Source: an uncultured Actinomycetes bacterium
GTDB lineage: Bacteria; Actinomycetota; UBA4738; HRBIN12
Length of the DNA: 64,000 nt
Assembly (NCBI GenBank): GCA_963823255.1
Contig: CAWGKU010000003.1
Span: forward strand, 22,913 to 86,912
Reading direction: 5' to 3'
A program made the position numbers and the translations under genes. This document shows, in pieces, positions 10,312 to 19,665 of the stretch (the stretch's first letter is position 1; every line of letters begins with the position of its first letter). The notes under the pieces are model-generated. The model was not told the origin of the DNA, did no database searches, and saw only the letters and a list, made by a program, of their open reading frames with translations.

Positions 10312-10814
10312 CGAACGATGCCTTCGATCCGGAGTTGGCGCTCCGAACGCTGGACCGTCACGGCGTGCGCTTCGTCGTGATCGGGGGGATCGCCGCGCGT
10401 CTGCTCGGTTCCCCGACGGTGACGCGCGATACGGACATCTGTTACGAGCGCAAGCCGGAGAACCTGGAACGGCTCGCGGCGGCACTCGAGGAGCTCGGGG
10501 CGACGCTCCGCGGCGTCGACGAGGAGGTCCCGTTCCTCCTCGACGCGAAGACGCTTGCTGCCGGCGATCACTTCACGTTCGAGACCCAGGCGGGGGACTT
10601 CGACGTCCTCGGCACTCCGGCCGGTGTGGAGGGCTTCGACGAGCTGGTGCAGCGAGCGAAGCCGTTCGACATCGACGGGATCACCGTGCTCGTCGCCTCG
10701 ATCGACGATCTGATCCGGATGAAGCGTGCCGCCGGACGAGCGAAGGACCTGATCGAGGTCGAGGTGCTCGCCGCGGTGCGCGACGAGATCGAGAACGGCT
10801 CCAACGGCGCTTGA
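10308..10814 (+). CDS. Nucleotidyltransferase (AbiEii/DUF1814-like superfamily), putative toxin
   Basis: FVVIGGIAA...TRDTDI Pol-beta motif; C-terminal DLIRMKRAAGRAKD. Confidence 0.8.
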   Translation: MTNDAFDPELALRTLDRHGVRFVVIGGIAARLLGSPTVTRDTDICYERKPENLERLAAALEELGATLRGVDEEVPFLLDAKTLAAGDHFTFETQAGDFDVLGTPAGVEGFDELVQRAKPFDIDGITVLVASIDDLIRMKRAAGRAKDLIEVEVLAAVRDEIENGSNGA

Positions 10815-10836
10815 TCGGACCTAACGATGCCGACCG

Positions 10837-11334
10837 CTACGGAGCACTCCTCGCATCCAGGGTGCGCTCGATCTGCTTGAGGTGCGGCCGTTCGTGGACC
10901 GCCACCCACTCGCCGTAAGACAGGACGTCGCGCTCGAGGGCCTTCCCGGCTCCCGTGACCCTCCCGCCCCGCGACCAATCACGGCGCCCCAACGCTTCCA
11001 GCACCGCCAGCAGGTCGGCTCGTTGCTTCGCGAAGGCGCGCAGCGAGCGCCGGAAGTCCAGGTCGGGATAGTCCGTCTGTTCCCTCATCCACCGGCGAGG
11101 ATCGACGGCGCGGATCGTCGGCGTGTCCTCGGTCAGGATCGTGAGGATGGCCCCGCCCCGGACGTCGGCACACGCGCGCAGGTGGGCCAGCACCTCGTTC
11201 GCGGACCACTCGTCCTCGCTCGGGCGCGTGCGCAACCGGGCCGGCGCCACACCGGCGGTCAGCTCTCCGATGCGCCGCGGCGTCGCCGCGAGGAGCGTGA
11301 GGACCTGCTCGATCGTGAGCTTCGTGTTCGCCAC
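10837..11334 (-). CDS. DinB/YfiT-like four-helix-bundle metalloprotein
   Basis: WSANEVLAHL and HERPHLKQI His motifs. Confidence 0.85.
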   Translation of the reverse strand: MANTKLTIEQVLTLLAATPRRIGELTAGVAPARLRTRPSEDEWSANEVLAHLRACADVRGGAILTILTEDTPTIRAVDPRRWMREQTDYPDLDFRRSLRAFAKQRADLLAVLEALGRRDWSRGGRVTGAGKALERDVLSYGEWVAVHERPHLKQIERTLDARSAP

Positions 11335-11340
11335 GTCACG

Positions 11341-11901
11341 TCATCGTCGCAGAGCGACCTTCGAATGGAGCGCTCGGAACCGCTCGGTGAGGTCACCGAG
11401 CTGATGGTGTGCGTTCAGGCCGCTCGGGTTCGGCAGGACCCAGAGCCGCGCCTCGCCGAGATCCTCGTCCTGCGGCCCGAGCGCGGCGTTCCGTCTGCCG
11501 AACCCCGTCCGATACGCGCCGATCCCGAGCACGGCGACGAACCGCGGATGCAGCGGCATGAGCCGCAGCTCGAGCTCGCGCGCGCCACGTTCGATCTCAT
11601 CGGCGCTGAGCTCGGCGGCGGTGGCCGTCGTCCGGCGGACGAGGTTCGTGATCCCCAGGTTCCGTTCGAGGAGCTGGGCGTCCTCGCTCGGGGCGAGGAG
11701 CCGGCCGGTGAACCCGGAGCCGTGGAGCGCCTTCCAGAACCGGTTGCCCGGCCGCGCGAAGTGGTGGCCGACCGCGCCCGACCACAGCCCGGGGTTGATC
11801 CCGACGAAGACGACGTCGAGGTCGGGACCCAGGACGTCGGGGATCGTCCGGCCGCGCGCGGCTTCCAGGTCTCCCTTCGACGGGTTCACGCGGTCAGCCA
11901 A
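11341..11901 (-). CDS. mug: G/U mismatch-specific uracil-DNA glycosylase
   Basis: VFVGINPG, HHFARPGNRFW, GITNLV, LPNPSGLN. Confidence 0.93.
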   Translation of the reverse strand: MADRVNPSKGDLEAARGRTIPDVLGPDLDVVFVGINPGLWSGAVGHHFARPGNRFWKALHGSGFTGRLLAPSEDAQLLERNLGITNLVRRTTATAAELSADEIERGARELELRLMPLHPRFVAVLGIGAYRTGFGRRNAALGPQDEDLGEARLWVLPNPSGLNAHHQLGDLTERFRALHSKVALRR

Positions 11902-11920
11902 CCACGTCAGCGCGGGTCGG

Positions 11921-13078
11921 TCACCGCCGGAGCGACGCGCGCTGCGCCGGCCGATCGGCGATGCGAGCCAGGAGCGGGCCGCACACCGCGAGCAGGAGGA
12001 CGTAGCAGGCCGCGAGCGGCCCGAGGTCGGGTTCGGCGCCGCCCGCCACGGCGATCCCGGCGATCACGATCGAGAACTCGCCTCGCGCGATGAGCGCCAC
12101 CCCCGCGCGGATGCGGCCTCGACGGCCGATGCCGGCACGCCGCGCCGCGATCCACCCCGTGGCGACCTTCGTCGCGGCGCCGACGATCGCCAGCACCAGC
12201 GCGGCCGGGAGCGCCGCCGGGATCGTGCCCGGATCGACCTCGAACCCGAAGAAGAGGAAGAAGGTGCCGGCGAACACGGATCGGAGCGGCACCAGCAGCG
12301 AGCGCGCTCGATCCGCCGCGGGGCCCGAGAACACGATGCCGGCCAGGAAGGCGCCCACGGCGGCGGAGACGTTCAGCGCCTCCGTCGCGCCGGCGGTGAG
12401 CAGCAACACGGCGAGGATGCCGAACAGGAGCGCCTCGTCGGAGTCGCTGAACACCGCGCGACTGATCGCCGGCCCGTAGCGTGCGGCGACCGTCAGGATC
12501 GTGACCACGACGAGCGCCGCCAGGACGATCGAGACGACGACGCGCCCGGCGCTCCCCCCGACCAGCAGCACGGTCGCGAACGGGAGGAACCCGGCCATCA
12601 CCAGGTCCTCGATGACCAGGACGGCCAGGATCAGCGGGGTCTCTCGGTTGCCCATCCACCCGAGGTCATCGAGGGTCCGAGCGATCACGCCGGAGGACGA
12701 GATGTAGGTCACGCCTCCCAGGAAGATCGCGGGGACGACCCCCCAACCGAGCACCACCCCCGCCACGAACCCCGGCGTGAAGTTCAGCAGCAGATCCATC
12801 GCGCCGACCCGGGAGGACGTTCGAACTGCATCCACGAGCTCGCGGGCCGAGTACTCGAGTCCCAGCGAGAACAGCAGCAGGATCAGCCCGATCTCGGCGC
12901 CCGCCGCGATGAACCGGTCGGCGGTCACCAGCGGGACGATCCCGCCCTGGCCGAACGCCAGCCCCGCGAGCAGGTACAGGGGGATGGGCGAGAACCCGAA
13001 GCGCTGGGCGACCCGCGCCAAGACCGCGAGCAGCAGGATGACCCCGCCGAGCTCGAGCAGGAACGCCGAGCCGTGCAT
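11921..13078 (-). CDS. CPA2 cation:proton antiporter (KhtU/YhaU-like)
   Basis: About 12 TM segments; LLFSLGLE, ISSSGV, LVIEDL, RGEFSIVIA. Confidence 0.9.
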   Translation of the reverse strand: MHGSAFLLELGGVILLLAVLARVAQRFGFSPIPLYLLAGLAFGQGGIVPLVTADRFIAAGAEIGLILLLFSLGLEYSARELVDAVRTSSRVGAMDLLLNFTPGFVAGVVLGWGVVPAIFLGGVTYISSSGVIARTLDDLGWMGNRETPLILAVLVIEDLVMAGFLPFATVLLVGGSAGRVVVSIVLAALVVVTILTVAARYGPAISRAVFSDSDEALLFGILAVLLLTAGATEALNVSAAVGAFLAGIVFSGPAADRARSLLVPLRSVFAGTFFLFFGFEVDPGTIPAALPAALVLAIVGAATKVATGWIAARRAGIGRRGRIRAGVALIARGEFSIVIAGIAVAGGAEPDLGPLAACYVLLLAVCGPLLARIADRPAQRASLRR

Positions 13079-13081
13079 CGC

Positions 13082-13567
13082 TCAGCCCGAGCGGAGCAGG
13101 ACGGCCAGCTCCTCGATCCCGCGGGGCGTCCCCACGACGACGAGCGTGTCGCCCCCGCGCAGGGCGAACCCGGGGCCGGGGGCCGGGTGGGCCGCGTCGC
13201 CGCGCAGCACGGCGACGATCGACACCCCGGTCCGCGTTCGGGCCTGCGTGTCGCCGATCGTGCCCCCGTCGAACGGGCTCGCCGCCGCGAGCGGCAGCCG
13301 GTCGACGGCGAGCCCCTCGACGTCCTGCTCCAGCTCGGACAGCTCCTTCGCCACCTGCGACACGCCGAGGAGCTCGGCGAGGGTTCGGCTGTCCTCGGGT
13401 CCGAGGCGCACCAGATCGTGCGACGTGTCGGGGTCGTCGCGCTCGAACAGCACGAGCTCGCGCATGCCCGAACGGTGGTGGACGACGGCCATCCGGTCCC
13501 CGTCGAGCGTGACGAACTCGTACCGGACGCCGATCCCGGGCAGCGGGACTTCGTTCACGACCGACAT
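13082..13567 (-). CDS. KhtT-like RCK_C/TrkA-C regulatory subunit
   Basis: LPGIGVRYEF N-terminus, RTRTGVSIVAVLRG, GDTLVVVGT; adjacent to the CPA2 antiporter. Confidence 0.88.
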   Translation of the reverse strand: MSVVNEVPLPGIGVRYEFVTLDGDRMAVVHHRSGMRELVLFERDDPDTSHDLVRLGPEDSRTLAELLGVSQVAKELSELEQDVEGLAVDRLPLAAASPFDGGTIGDTQARTRTGVSIVAVLRGDAAHPAPGPGFALRGGDTLVVVGTPRGIEELAVLLRSG

Positions 13568-13594
13568 CTCGTGCTCCCCGCCGCCCGCGGCCGA

Positions 13595-13840
13595 TCAGAG
13601 CTCGTCGAGCTGTCTCCTGAACTCCGCCACGTCATCGGACTCCCGCCTCCCTTCGCCCACGAACATCAAGATGCAGCCGGTCCACGCGCCGGCGAGCCCG
13701 ACGACGATGTTGAAGACGCCGCCGATCTCGAGGATGCCGAGGGTCATCACGACGTACCCGATGGCGACGAGCGCTTGCCCGACGTTCTCGACCCGCTTGC
13801 TCGGTGTCGTTCGTGCCGGCGATCGATCGAGGGTGTCCAT
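13595..13840 (-). CDS. Hypothetical small 2-TM membrane protein
   Basis: 81 aa with two hydrophobic segments; GAGGGG SD; co-oriented with neighbours. Confidence 0.6.
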   Translation of the reverse strand: MDTLDRSPARTTPSKRVENVGQALVAIGYVVMTLGILEIGGVFNIVVGLAGAWTGCILMFVGEGRRESDDVAEFRRQLDEL

Positions 13841-13849
13841 CGCGTCCCC

Positions 13850-14074
13850 TCAGGCCGGCAGCCGGCCGAGCAGCTCATCGAGGAGCTCCACGGCGCGACC
13901 GGTGGCGGGGTCTTCGGATCCGTCGGGCGAGCTCAGCATCTGCTGGCGAGCCCTGACGACGGCGACGCGTCGGCCCTCGCACAGGGCCTCGAGCTCACGG
14001 ACGGCCTCGTCTCGATCGACGGAGGTCCGGGCGAGCGCGAGCGCATGCTCTCGGACCGAATCGGCAGTGGTCAT
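13850..14074 (-). CDS. Hypothetical 74-aa helical protein
   Basis: AAGGGG SD before ATG; operon-like spacing to the next gene. Confidence 0.6.
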   Translation of the reverse strand: MTTADSVREHALALARTSVDRDEAVRELEALCEGRRVAVVRARQQMLSSPDGSEDPATGRAVELLDELLGRLPA

Positions 14075-14159
14075 GATCGTTCCCCTTTTCGAGCGTTCCT
14101 CGGTGGCGAACGCCGCGCGAGCGCGTCGGTTCGACGCGTCGCTCGAACGCTGCGCGCGG

Positions 14160-14525
14160 TCAGGCGGCAGCGAGCAGGGGTGGACCTCGTCCCGCCAGAT
14201 GCAGCGCGAGCGGGACGATCCGTGCGGTCGGGCTCGCCGGCCACGCTTCCCAGGCCAGCCCCGAGGGATGTGCGAGCGCGAGGCCGGCGGGCGTCGTGAC
14301 GGCGGGTTGGGTCCCGTCGGTGCGCCGGACGAAGAGCAGGGTGCTCGGTCGATCGGACGCCACGACCGGCATCCACGTGAACGCCTCGAGCGTGGTGGAG
14401 GCGTTCGGGACCGCGCCGGACGACGCGGGAGCCCGCTCGCCGATCTGTGACGCCGCCGCCCAGGGGAGGATGGCGATCGCGAACACCAACACGGCGCGTC
14501 GGCGCCGAACGGCGGACCGGCTCAC
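14160..14525 (-). CDS. Possible exported hypothetical protein
   Basis: Signal-like N-terminus MSRSAVRRRRAVLVFAIAILPWAAA; TAGGCT -10 just upstream; no recognisable domain. Confidence 0.35.
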   Translation of the reverse strand: MSRSAVRRRRAVLVFAIAILPWAAASQIGERAPASSGAVPNASTTLEAFTWMPVVASDRPSTLLFVRRTDGTQPAVTTPAGLALAHPSGLAWEAWPASPTARIVPLALHLAGRGPPLLAAA

Positions 14526-14673
14526 CCGACGAGCCTAAGCTCGCGCCGGGAGGGGTCGCAAGGCGCGTGCGGATCGAGGCGTCGGGCGGATCGTCCACGT
14601 CGGCCGCCGGCCGGTAGCGTCGCCGGCATGGCGACCGTGACGGCCGGAGCGCGAGACGGATAGGATATGGAGC

Positions 14674-15292
14674 ATGAGCAGAGCTCCAGATCCGCTCCAT
14701 CGAGCCTCCTCTGGACGATCCCGAGACCACGGACGCGGCCATCGACGTGCTCAAGTCGATGGAGGCGATGGGCCTGCTGCCCGACGACGTCGACGAGCTC
14801 ACGCTCGAGGTCCTGCGCGCGGTCGCCACCCGCGCGGCCGAGGTCGGGATCGGGGAGTCCGCGGCCGCGTCGCTCCAACGCCCGCCGAAGCCCCCCGGTC
14901 ACGTCGCTGCCGCGCTCCGCGAGCTCGGGCTCGCGCTCGAGGGGTCGCCGATGCCGGCGTTCGAGTGGCCGGCGATGCTCGAGCTCTTCGGCGCCGAACG
15001 CCTCGCCGAGCTCCTCGGGGTCTCGGTCGCGAGCCTGCGCCGGTACGCCAAGGACGAACGGCCGACGCCGGACGTCGTGGCCGCGCGCCTGCACCTGCTC
15101 GCGCGGATCGTGGCCGAGCTCCGCGGCGCGTACTCGGAGATCGGGGTGCGCCGATGGTTCGAACGCTCTCGCACCGCGCTCCGCGGCCGCGCGCCCGGCG
15201 ACCTGTTGACCGGCGGCTGGGATCCCGACGGCGCCGACGCCGAACGCGTCCTGGCGCTCGCGCGCTCGCTCACGGCCTCGCCCGCGACGTGA
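14674..15292 (+). CDS. Xre/MbcA/ParS-like antitoxin (HTH + DUF2384-like C-terminus); probable indel just after the start
   Basis: LAELLGVSVASLRRY HTH and GVRRWFERSRTALRGRAPGDLL antitoxin C-terminus. The frame stays open back to about 14678 (AELQIRSIEPP), with ATG 14674 one base out of frame. Confidence 0.75.
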
Positions 15293-15823
15293 TCGTCTTC
15301 CGGCACACCGACCCGCGCTTCCCGTTCCTGTGGGAGACCTCGGACCAGCCCGCGGGCCGGTGGAACTCGGAGGGGGAGGGCCCGGTGCAGACGTTCGCCG
15401 ACCGCCCGGAGGGCGCGTGGGCCGAGCTCCTGCGTCACGAGGAGATCACCGACCCGCGCGACGTGGCCGAGATCCGCCGCTCGCTGTGGGCGGTGGACGT
15501 CGGCGACCTCCCGGCCGCCGAACCCGAGCTCCCGCGCGCGACGATGACGGGCGGGCCGCGTTCGTACGCGGCGTGCCGGCGCGAGGCCGCCCGGCTGCGC
15601 GAACGCGGCCGGGACGGTTTGGTCGCGCCCGTCGGCCGCGCTGGTCCGCGGCGGCGCCCACGGGTGGCGGGTCGAGGGCGGCCTCAAGCCCGGGCCCGAG
15701 CGCGACGGCACCGTGATCGTGCTGTTCGGCGCGCGTCCCGACCTCGTCGGGTGGGAGGCCGTGTACGAGGGGCGGCCCTCGGACGAGCTGGTCTCGCGCG
15801 TCCGGCACTTCGGCCGGCGCTAG
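15289..15823 (+). CDS. RES-domain toxin (frameshift near 15630)
   Basis: GTGA overlap with the antitoxin; VFRH...GRWN...AWAE...LVAP|SAA gives the R-E-S residues; continues in another frame to ...RVRHFGRR*. Confidence 0.8.
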
Positions 15824-15832
15824 CGGAGAGGT

Positions 15833-16912
15833 CTAGCCGGGGCGCCACGCGGGGCAGCAGTCGTTCGCGAAGGCGTCGACACCGCGCAGGCGTCGCTGGT
15901 CGTTGCCGTCCGCGCGCATGACGAAGATCTGCGCGTGATCGGTCCGGCGCGTGAACGCGATCGAGCGGCCGTCGGGTGACCACGCGGGGTCGCCGTCCCA
16001 GGCGTGGTTCCGGCTCACGTCCACCTTGTGGGTCCCGTCCGAGCGCACGACGAAGATCTCGGCGTCGCCCTGCCCGATCGTGAACGGGTCGGCGCCGTGC
16101 AGGTACGCGACGAACGCGATCGAGCCGCCGTCCGGCGACCACGCCGGCGCGTCGTCGACGTCCGGGTCGTCGCTCACGTCGATCTGGTCGCCGCCGTCGG
16201 CGGCCATCACCACGATGTCCTGGTCCCCGTCGCGTTCGGAGATGAACGCGATCCGCTCGCCGTCGGGCGACCAGCGCGGCGAGTACTCGGGCGCCGGGTC
16301 GTCGGTGAGCCGCATCACGTCCGAGCCGTCGCTCGACGCCGAGTAGATGTCGGTGTTGCCGTCCACCTCCGCGAAGTACGCGATGCGCGAGCCGTCCGGC
16401 GACCAGGACGGGCCGGCGCCGGGCACGAGCTCGACCGGCGCGGACGGCGTGGCGCCGGCGACGTCGACCACGTACAGGCTTCGGGTCGAGTACGGACTCG
16501 AACGCGATCCGCGAGCCGTCGGGAGACCAGCCGGCGAGGACGCGTCGTCGATGCCGGGCGCGAGCTCGATGGGTTCGGCGCCGGGGCCGTCGAGCAGGAA
16601 CAGCGTGCCGGGGCCCGAGGCGCAGCACGCGACGACCATCCGGGTCCCGTCCGGCGACCAGAACGGCTGCGCGATCGTCTCCATGCCCTCGGTGACGGGC
16701 GTGACCTCGCGCCCGCTCGGCGCCATCACGTAGGTGTCGTCGCCCCCGGCCGGGTCGGAGTGGAAGCCGATGAGCGCCTCACCGGCCGGCCCGAACGACG
16801 CCGCCGCGGCCGTCGTCGACGGCGGTGTGGGTGACGGCTGCGGGGCGTCAGCGGTGCACGCGGCGCCCACGAGGACGAACAGGCACGCGACCGAGCGACG
16901 CAGGAGACCCAT
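15833..16912 (-). CDS. TolB-like PD40 beta-propeller lipoprotein
   Basis: Lipobox LVGAAC; repeated WSPDG motifs; one repeat is locally out of frame near 16490-16530 (compensating indels). Confidence 0.88.
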   Translation of the reverse strand: MGLLRRSVACLFVLVGAACTADAPQPSPTPPSTTAAAASFGPAGEALIGFHSDPAGGDDTYVMAPSGREVTPVTEGMETIAQPFWSPDGTRMVVACCASGPGTLFLLDGPGAEPIELAPGIDDASSPAGLPTARGSRSSPYSTRSLYVVDVAGATPSAPVELVPGAGPSWSPDGSRIAYFAEVDGNTDIYSASSDGSDVMRLTDDPAPEYSPRWSPDGERIAFISERDGDQDIVVMAADGGDQIDVSDDPDVDDAPAWSPDGGSIAFVAYLHGADPFTIGQGDAEIFVVRSDGTHKVDVSRNHAWDGDPAWSPDGRSIAFTRRTDHAQIFVMRADGNDQRRLRGVDAFANDCCPAWRPG

Positions 16913-16973
16913 CGGGTCGTTCTACGCGCCCGGCGCGGTTCGGTTCCGCGAGCAGGCCATCACCCCGTCCGCG

Positions 16974-17360
16974 CTACCCGCCGGGGCGCAGGTAGCCGCC
17001 AACGTAGTCGTGCTGCACCTGCAGGGGAACGCCCTCCGCGTCGGCGAACCCCCGCATCGCCTCGAGGACGGGGTCGCTGGGCGTGCCGAAGATCTCGTAC
17101 CCGGTGGTCTCGATGAACCCGACGGCCTTCGCCATGCGCTCCTGGACACCCTGGAGGTGTCGGCCCATGGCGCTGGCGTCGGAGAAGACGTGCACGACGC
17201 TGACCTGCGAGCCCGCTTCGTCGGCGAACGCGAGGAACACGACCGTGCCGGGCTTCTCGGCGTTCAGCGCCATCGCGACCTCGCCGAACGCCTCCCGGAA
17301 TCCCTCGAGCTTGCCGTCCTTCACGGTGTTGTGGCTGATGAACACGATCGGTCCGGACAT
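16974..17360 (-). CDS. Hypothetical dimeric alpha/beta barrel (ABM-like) protein
   Basis: VKDGKLEGFRE...EKPGTVVF...VVHVFSDASAMGRHL pattern; GAGGGAGG SD. Confidence 0.6.
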   Translation of the reverse strand: MSGPIVFISHNTVKDGKLEGFREAFGEVAMALNAEKPGTVVFLAFADEAGSQVSVVHVFSDASAMGRHLQGVQERMAKAVGFIETTGYEIFGTPSDPVLEAMRGFADAEGVPLQVQHDYVGGYLRPGG

Positions 17361-17448
17361 CGACCCTCCCTCGTCGACGGGACCTGCCGACCGTACCGCG
17401 GGCAGGTCGGCGCTGCAGCCGGGCGGAAGCCGTCAAGCGGGATGCGAG

Positions 17449-18975
17449 TCAGACCGGCGCCGAAGCCTCGGCGACCTCCTCCTCGATGAACACCCTGGCC
17501 GTGTCGCGCACCCGCTCGGGCTTCCGCGCGTAGAGGTAGATCAGGTAGACGATGCCGATCACATACCAGATGCCGACCACCGGCCCGACGACGCTGAACG
17601 GGTAGGGGAGTTGGCTGACGAAGTCGAACACCGACCCCCCGACGCCGATCGCGACCAGGAACGCGGGCACGAACGCGAGGATCCCCAGGATCGGGATCAC
17701 GCCATGCAGGAACACGTTGAACTCGCTCCGGTGCTCGCGCGCGTAGAACAACAGGCACGCGAGGTTGACGGCCATGTAGATCGCGATCACGACGGCGCCG
17801 ATGATCGTCCCCAAGATCGCGAACGCCAGGAACGGGCTGTTGTACTGGGCGCCGAGCCAGAGCGCGACGCCGACCCCGATCACGAACTGCACGAACACGG
17901 CCACGTGCGGCGAACGGTGGATCGGGTGAGTACGGCCGAGCATCGCCGGCAGCAGCCGGATCCGGCCCATCGCGAACCAGGTCCGGGTGGCCGCGTTGGA
18001 GCTCGCGTTCGAGTTGGCGATGGCCGAGTTCGCGATCGCGAGGAAGATCAGCACCCAGCCGGCGCCCCACGCGGCGCGCGCGAGCGCGTCCCACGGGTTG
18101 CCGCCGCCGAACGCCGGGAACTTGAAGAACCGGCCGGGGCCGAAGTACACGTCCGCCGCGTACGTCGTCAGGACGTAGAACACGCCGATCCCGATGCACG
18201 ACAGGATCACGGCCCGCCCGATCGTCCGGCGCGGATCCTTCGCCTCCTCCGCGAGCGGTGCCGCCGCCTCGAACCCGATGAACGCCAAGATCGTGTAGAC
18301 GGACCCGGCGATCACTCCCGAGACCCCGTCGAACCCCGGCACCGTGGCGAAGCTCGTACCGAAGACCGCGAGGTCGTTGCGGCTCCCGGCGTCCACGATC
18401 AGCCAGATCGCGAGGGCGGTGAACACGCCGATCTCGAACACGCCGAGGATCGTGCCGACGCGCGTGCTGATCTGGATCCCGTACCAGCCGAGGAGGAACA
18501 CGAGGACCGCGGCGGCGATCGCGCAGATCCACCACCAGGTCGAGAACGACCAGCCGAACTCGGTCTGCAGCGTCCCGGCGACCACCTGCGCGAAGATCAG
18601 GTACAGCGCAGGCGCGACGAGCGGCTCGACGAACGCGTACCCCCAAGCCACCAGGAACCCGATCGACGGGTGGATCCCGCGGGCCGTGTAGGTGTAGAAG
18701 CCGCCGGCCGACGGCAGGTGCTTGGCGAGCTGGCCGATCGAGATCGCGACCAGCAGGCACCCGACCAGCGCGAACAGCACCGAGAGCGGGAGGGCCCCGG
18801 AGGCGAAGTTCGCGCCGACGATGATCGAGAAGGCGACCGCGGCGGCGGGCGCCATGTGCGTGACGGACTGGAAGAACACCTCGCGCAGGCCGATCGCCTC
18901 GCGCCTGAGCCCACGGTCTCCGGGCGGGGTGGACGCGGTGTGTTCCACGGGCGGGGTGGGCGCGGAGCGTTCCAT
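17449..18975 (-). CDS. APC family amino acid/polyamine permease
   Basis: 12 TM; MAPAAA, PSAGGFYTY, AFIGFEAAAPLAEEAKDPRR. Confidence 0.92.
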   Translation of the reverse strand: MERSAPTPPVEHTASTPPGDRGLRREAIGLREVFFQSVTHMAPAAAVAFSIIVGANFASGALPLSVLFALVGCLLVAISIGQLAKHLPSAGGFYTYTARGIHPSIGFLVAWGYAFVEPLVAPALYLIFAQVVAGTLQTEFGWSFSTWWWICAIAAAVLVFLLGWYGIQISTRVGTILGVFEIGVFTALAIWLIVDAGSRNDLAVFGTSFATVPGFDGVSGVIAGSVYTILAFIGFEAAAPLAEEAKDPRRTIGRAVILSCIGIGVFYVLTTYAADVYFGPGRFFKFPAFGGGNPWDALARAAWGAGWVLIFLAIANSAIANSNASSNAATRTWFAMGRIRLLPAMLGRTHPIHRSPHVAVFVQFVIGVGVALWLGAQYNSPFLAFAILGTIIGAVVIAIYMAVNLACLLFYAREHRSEFNVFLHGVIPILGILAFVPAFLVAIGVGGSVFDFVSQLPYPFSVVGPVVGIWYVIGIVYLIYLYARKPERVRDTARVFIEEEVAEASAPV

Positions 18976-19066
18976 CGCAAGCCTCCCTCTGCGGGACTGC
19001 TCCGATTATCCGCTCAGGGAGGACCGGTCCCGCAACCTCCGACGCCGCCGGGTAGGGTCCGGGTGG

Positions 19067-19519
19067 ATGGACATCGATCGGACCGCGCCCGCGACCGCGG
19101 AAGGCGAGCTGCAGATCGCGGCGTCGCCGGAGGTCGTCTGGGAGGTCCTGGCCGACCTGTCCGCCTGGCCGAGGTGGAACCACGACGTGAAGTCGATGTC
19201 GGTCGAGGGGCCGATCGAGCCCGGCACGACCTTCCGCTGGAAGTCCGGTTCGGCCACGCTGCGCTCGACGCTCCAGGCCGTCGAAGCGCCTCGGGAGCTT
19301 GGGTGGACGGGCGTCACGATGGGGATCCACGCGGTCCACGTCTTCCGGTTCGAATCCCGGGACGGAGGCACGCTCGCGCACTCGGCCGAATCGTTCCGCG
19401 GGTTCATCCCGAGCGTTCTGAAGGGCTACAGCCGCAAGGTCCTGCAGCGCGGCATCGACGGCATCCTCCGATCGCTGAAGATCGAGGCCGAGCGCAGAGC
19501 TGGCGCGCCGGCAGCCTGA
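19067..19519 (+). CDS. SRPBCC family protein
   Basis: IAASPEVVWEVLADLSAWPRWN. Confidence 0.88.
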   Translation: MDIDRTAPATAEGELQIAASPEVVWEVLADLSAWPRWNHDVKSMSVEGPIEPGTTFRWKSGSATLRSTLQAVEAPRELGWTGVTMGIHAVHVFRFESRDGGTLAHSAESFRGFIPSVLKGYSRKVLQRGIDGILRSLKIEAERRAGAPAA

Positions 19520-19556
19520 GCTCCGCGACCTCCCGAAGAGCGCGGGTTCGGCCGCG

Positions 19557-19665
19557 TATACTCCATGGGCGCTTCCGATCGCGGGAGCGGGTACGCGGCC
19601 CCAACCCACGGCCGCGCGCGTTCAGCCCCAAACACTCGGCTGAAGGCTTGACGCTGGAGGCTCGA
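19557..19665 (+). promoter_or_regulatory. -10 box TATACT and structured 5' leader of the desaturase (three hairpins)
   Basis: TATACT 19557-19562; hairpins at 19570-19589, 19594-19616 and 19621-19644; SD GGAGG before GTG 19666. Confidence 0.55.

Noticed and set aside
15833-16912. Repeated DNA segments as a CRISPR-like array
   Set aside because: They are coding PD40 (WSPDG) repeats with codon-level divergence; no cas genes are present.
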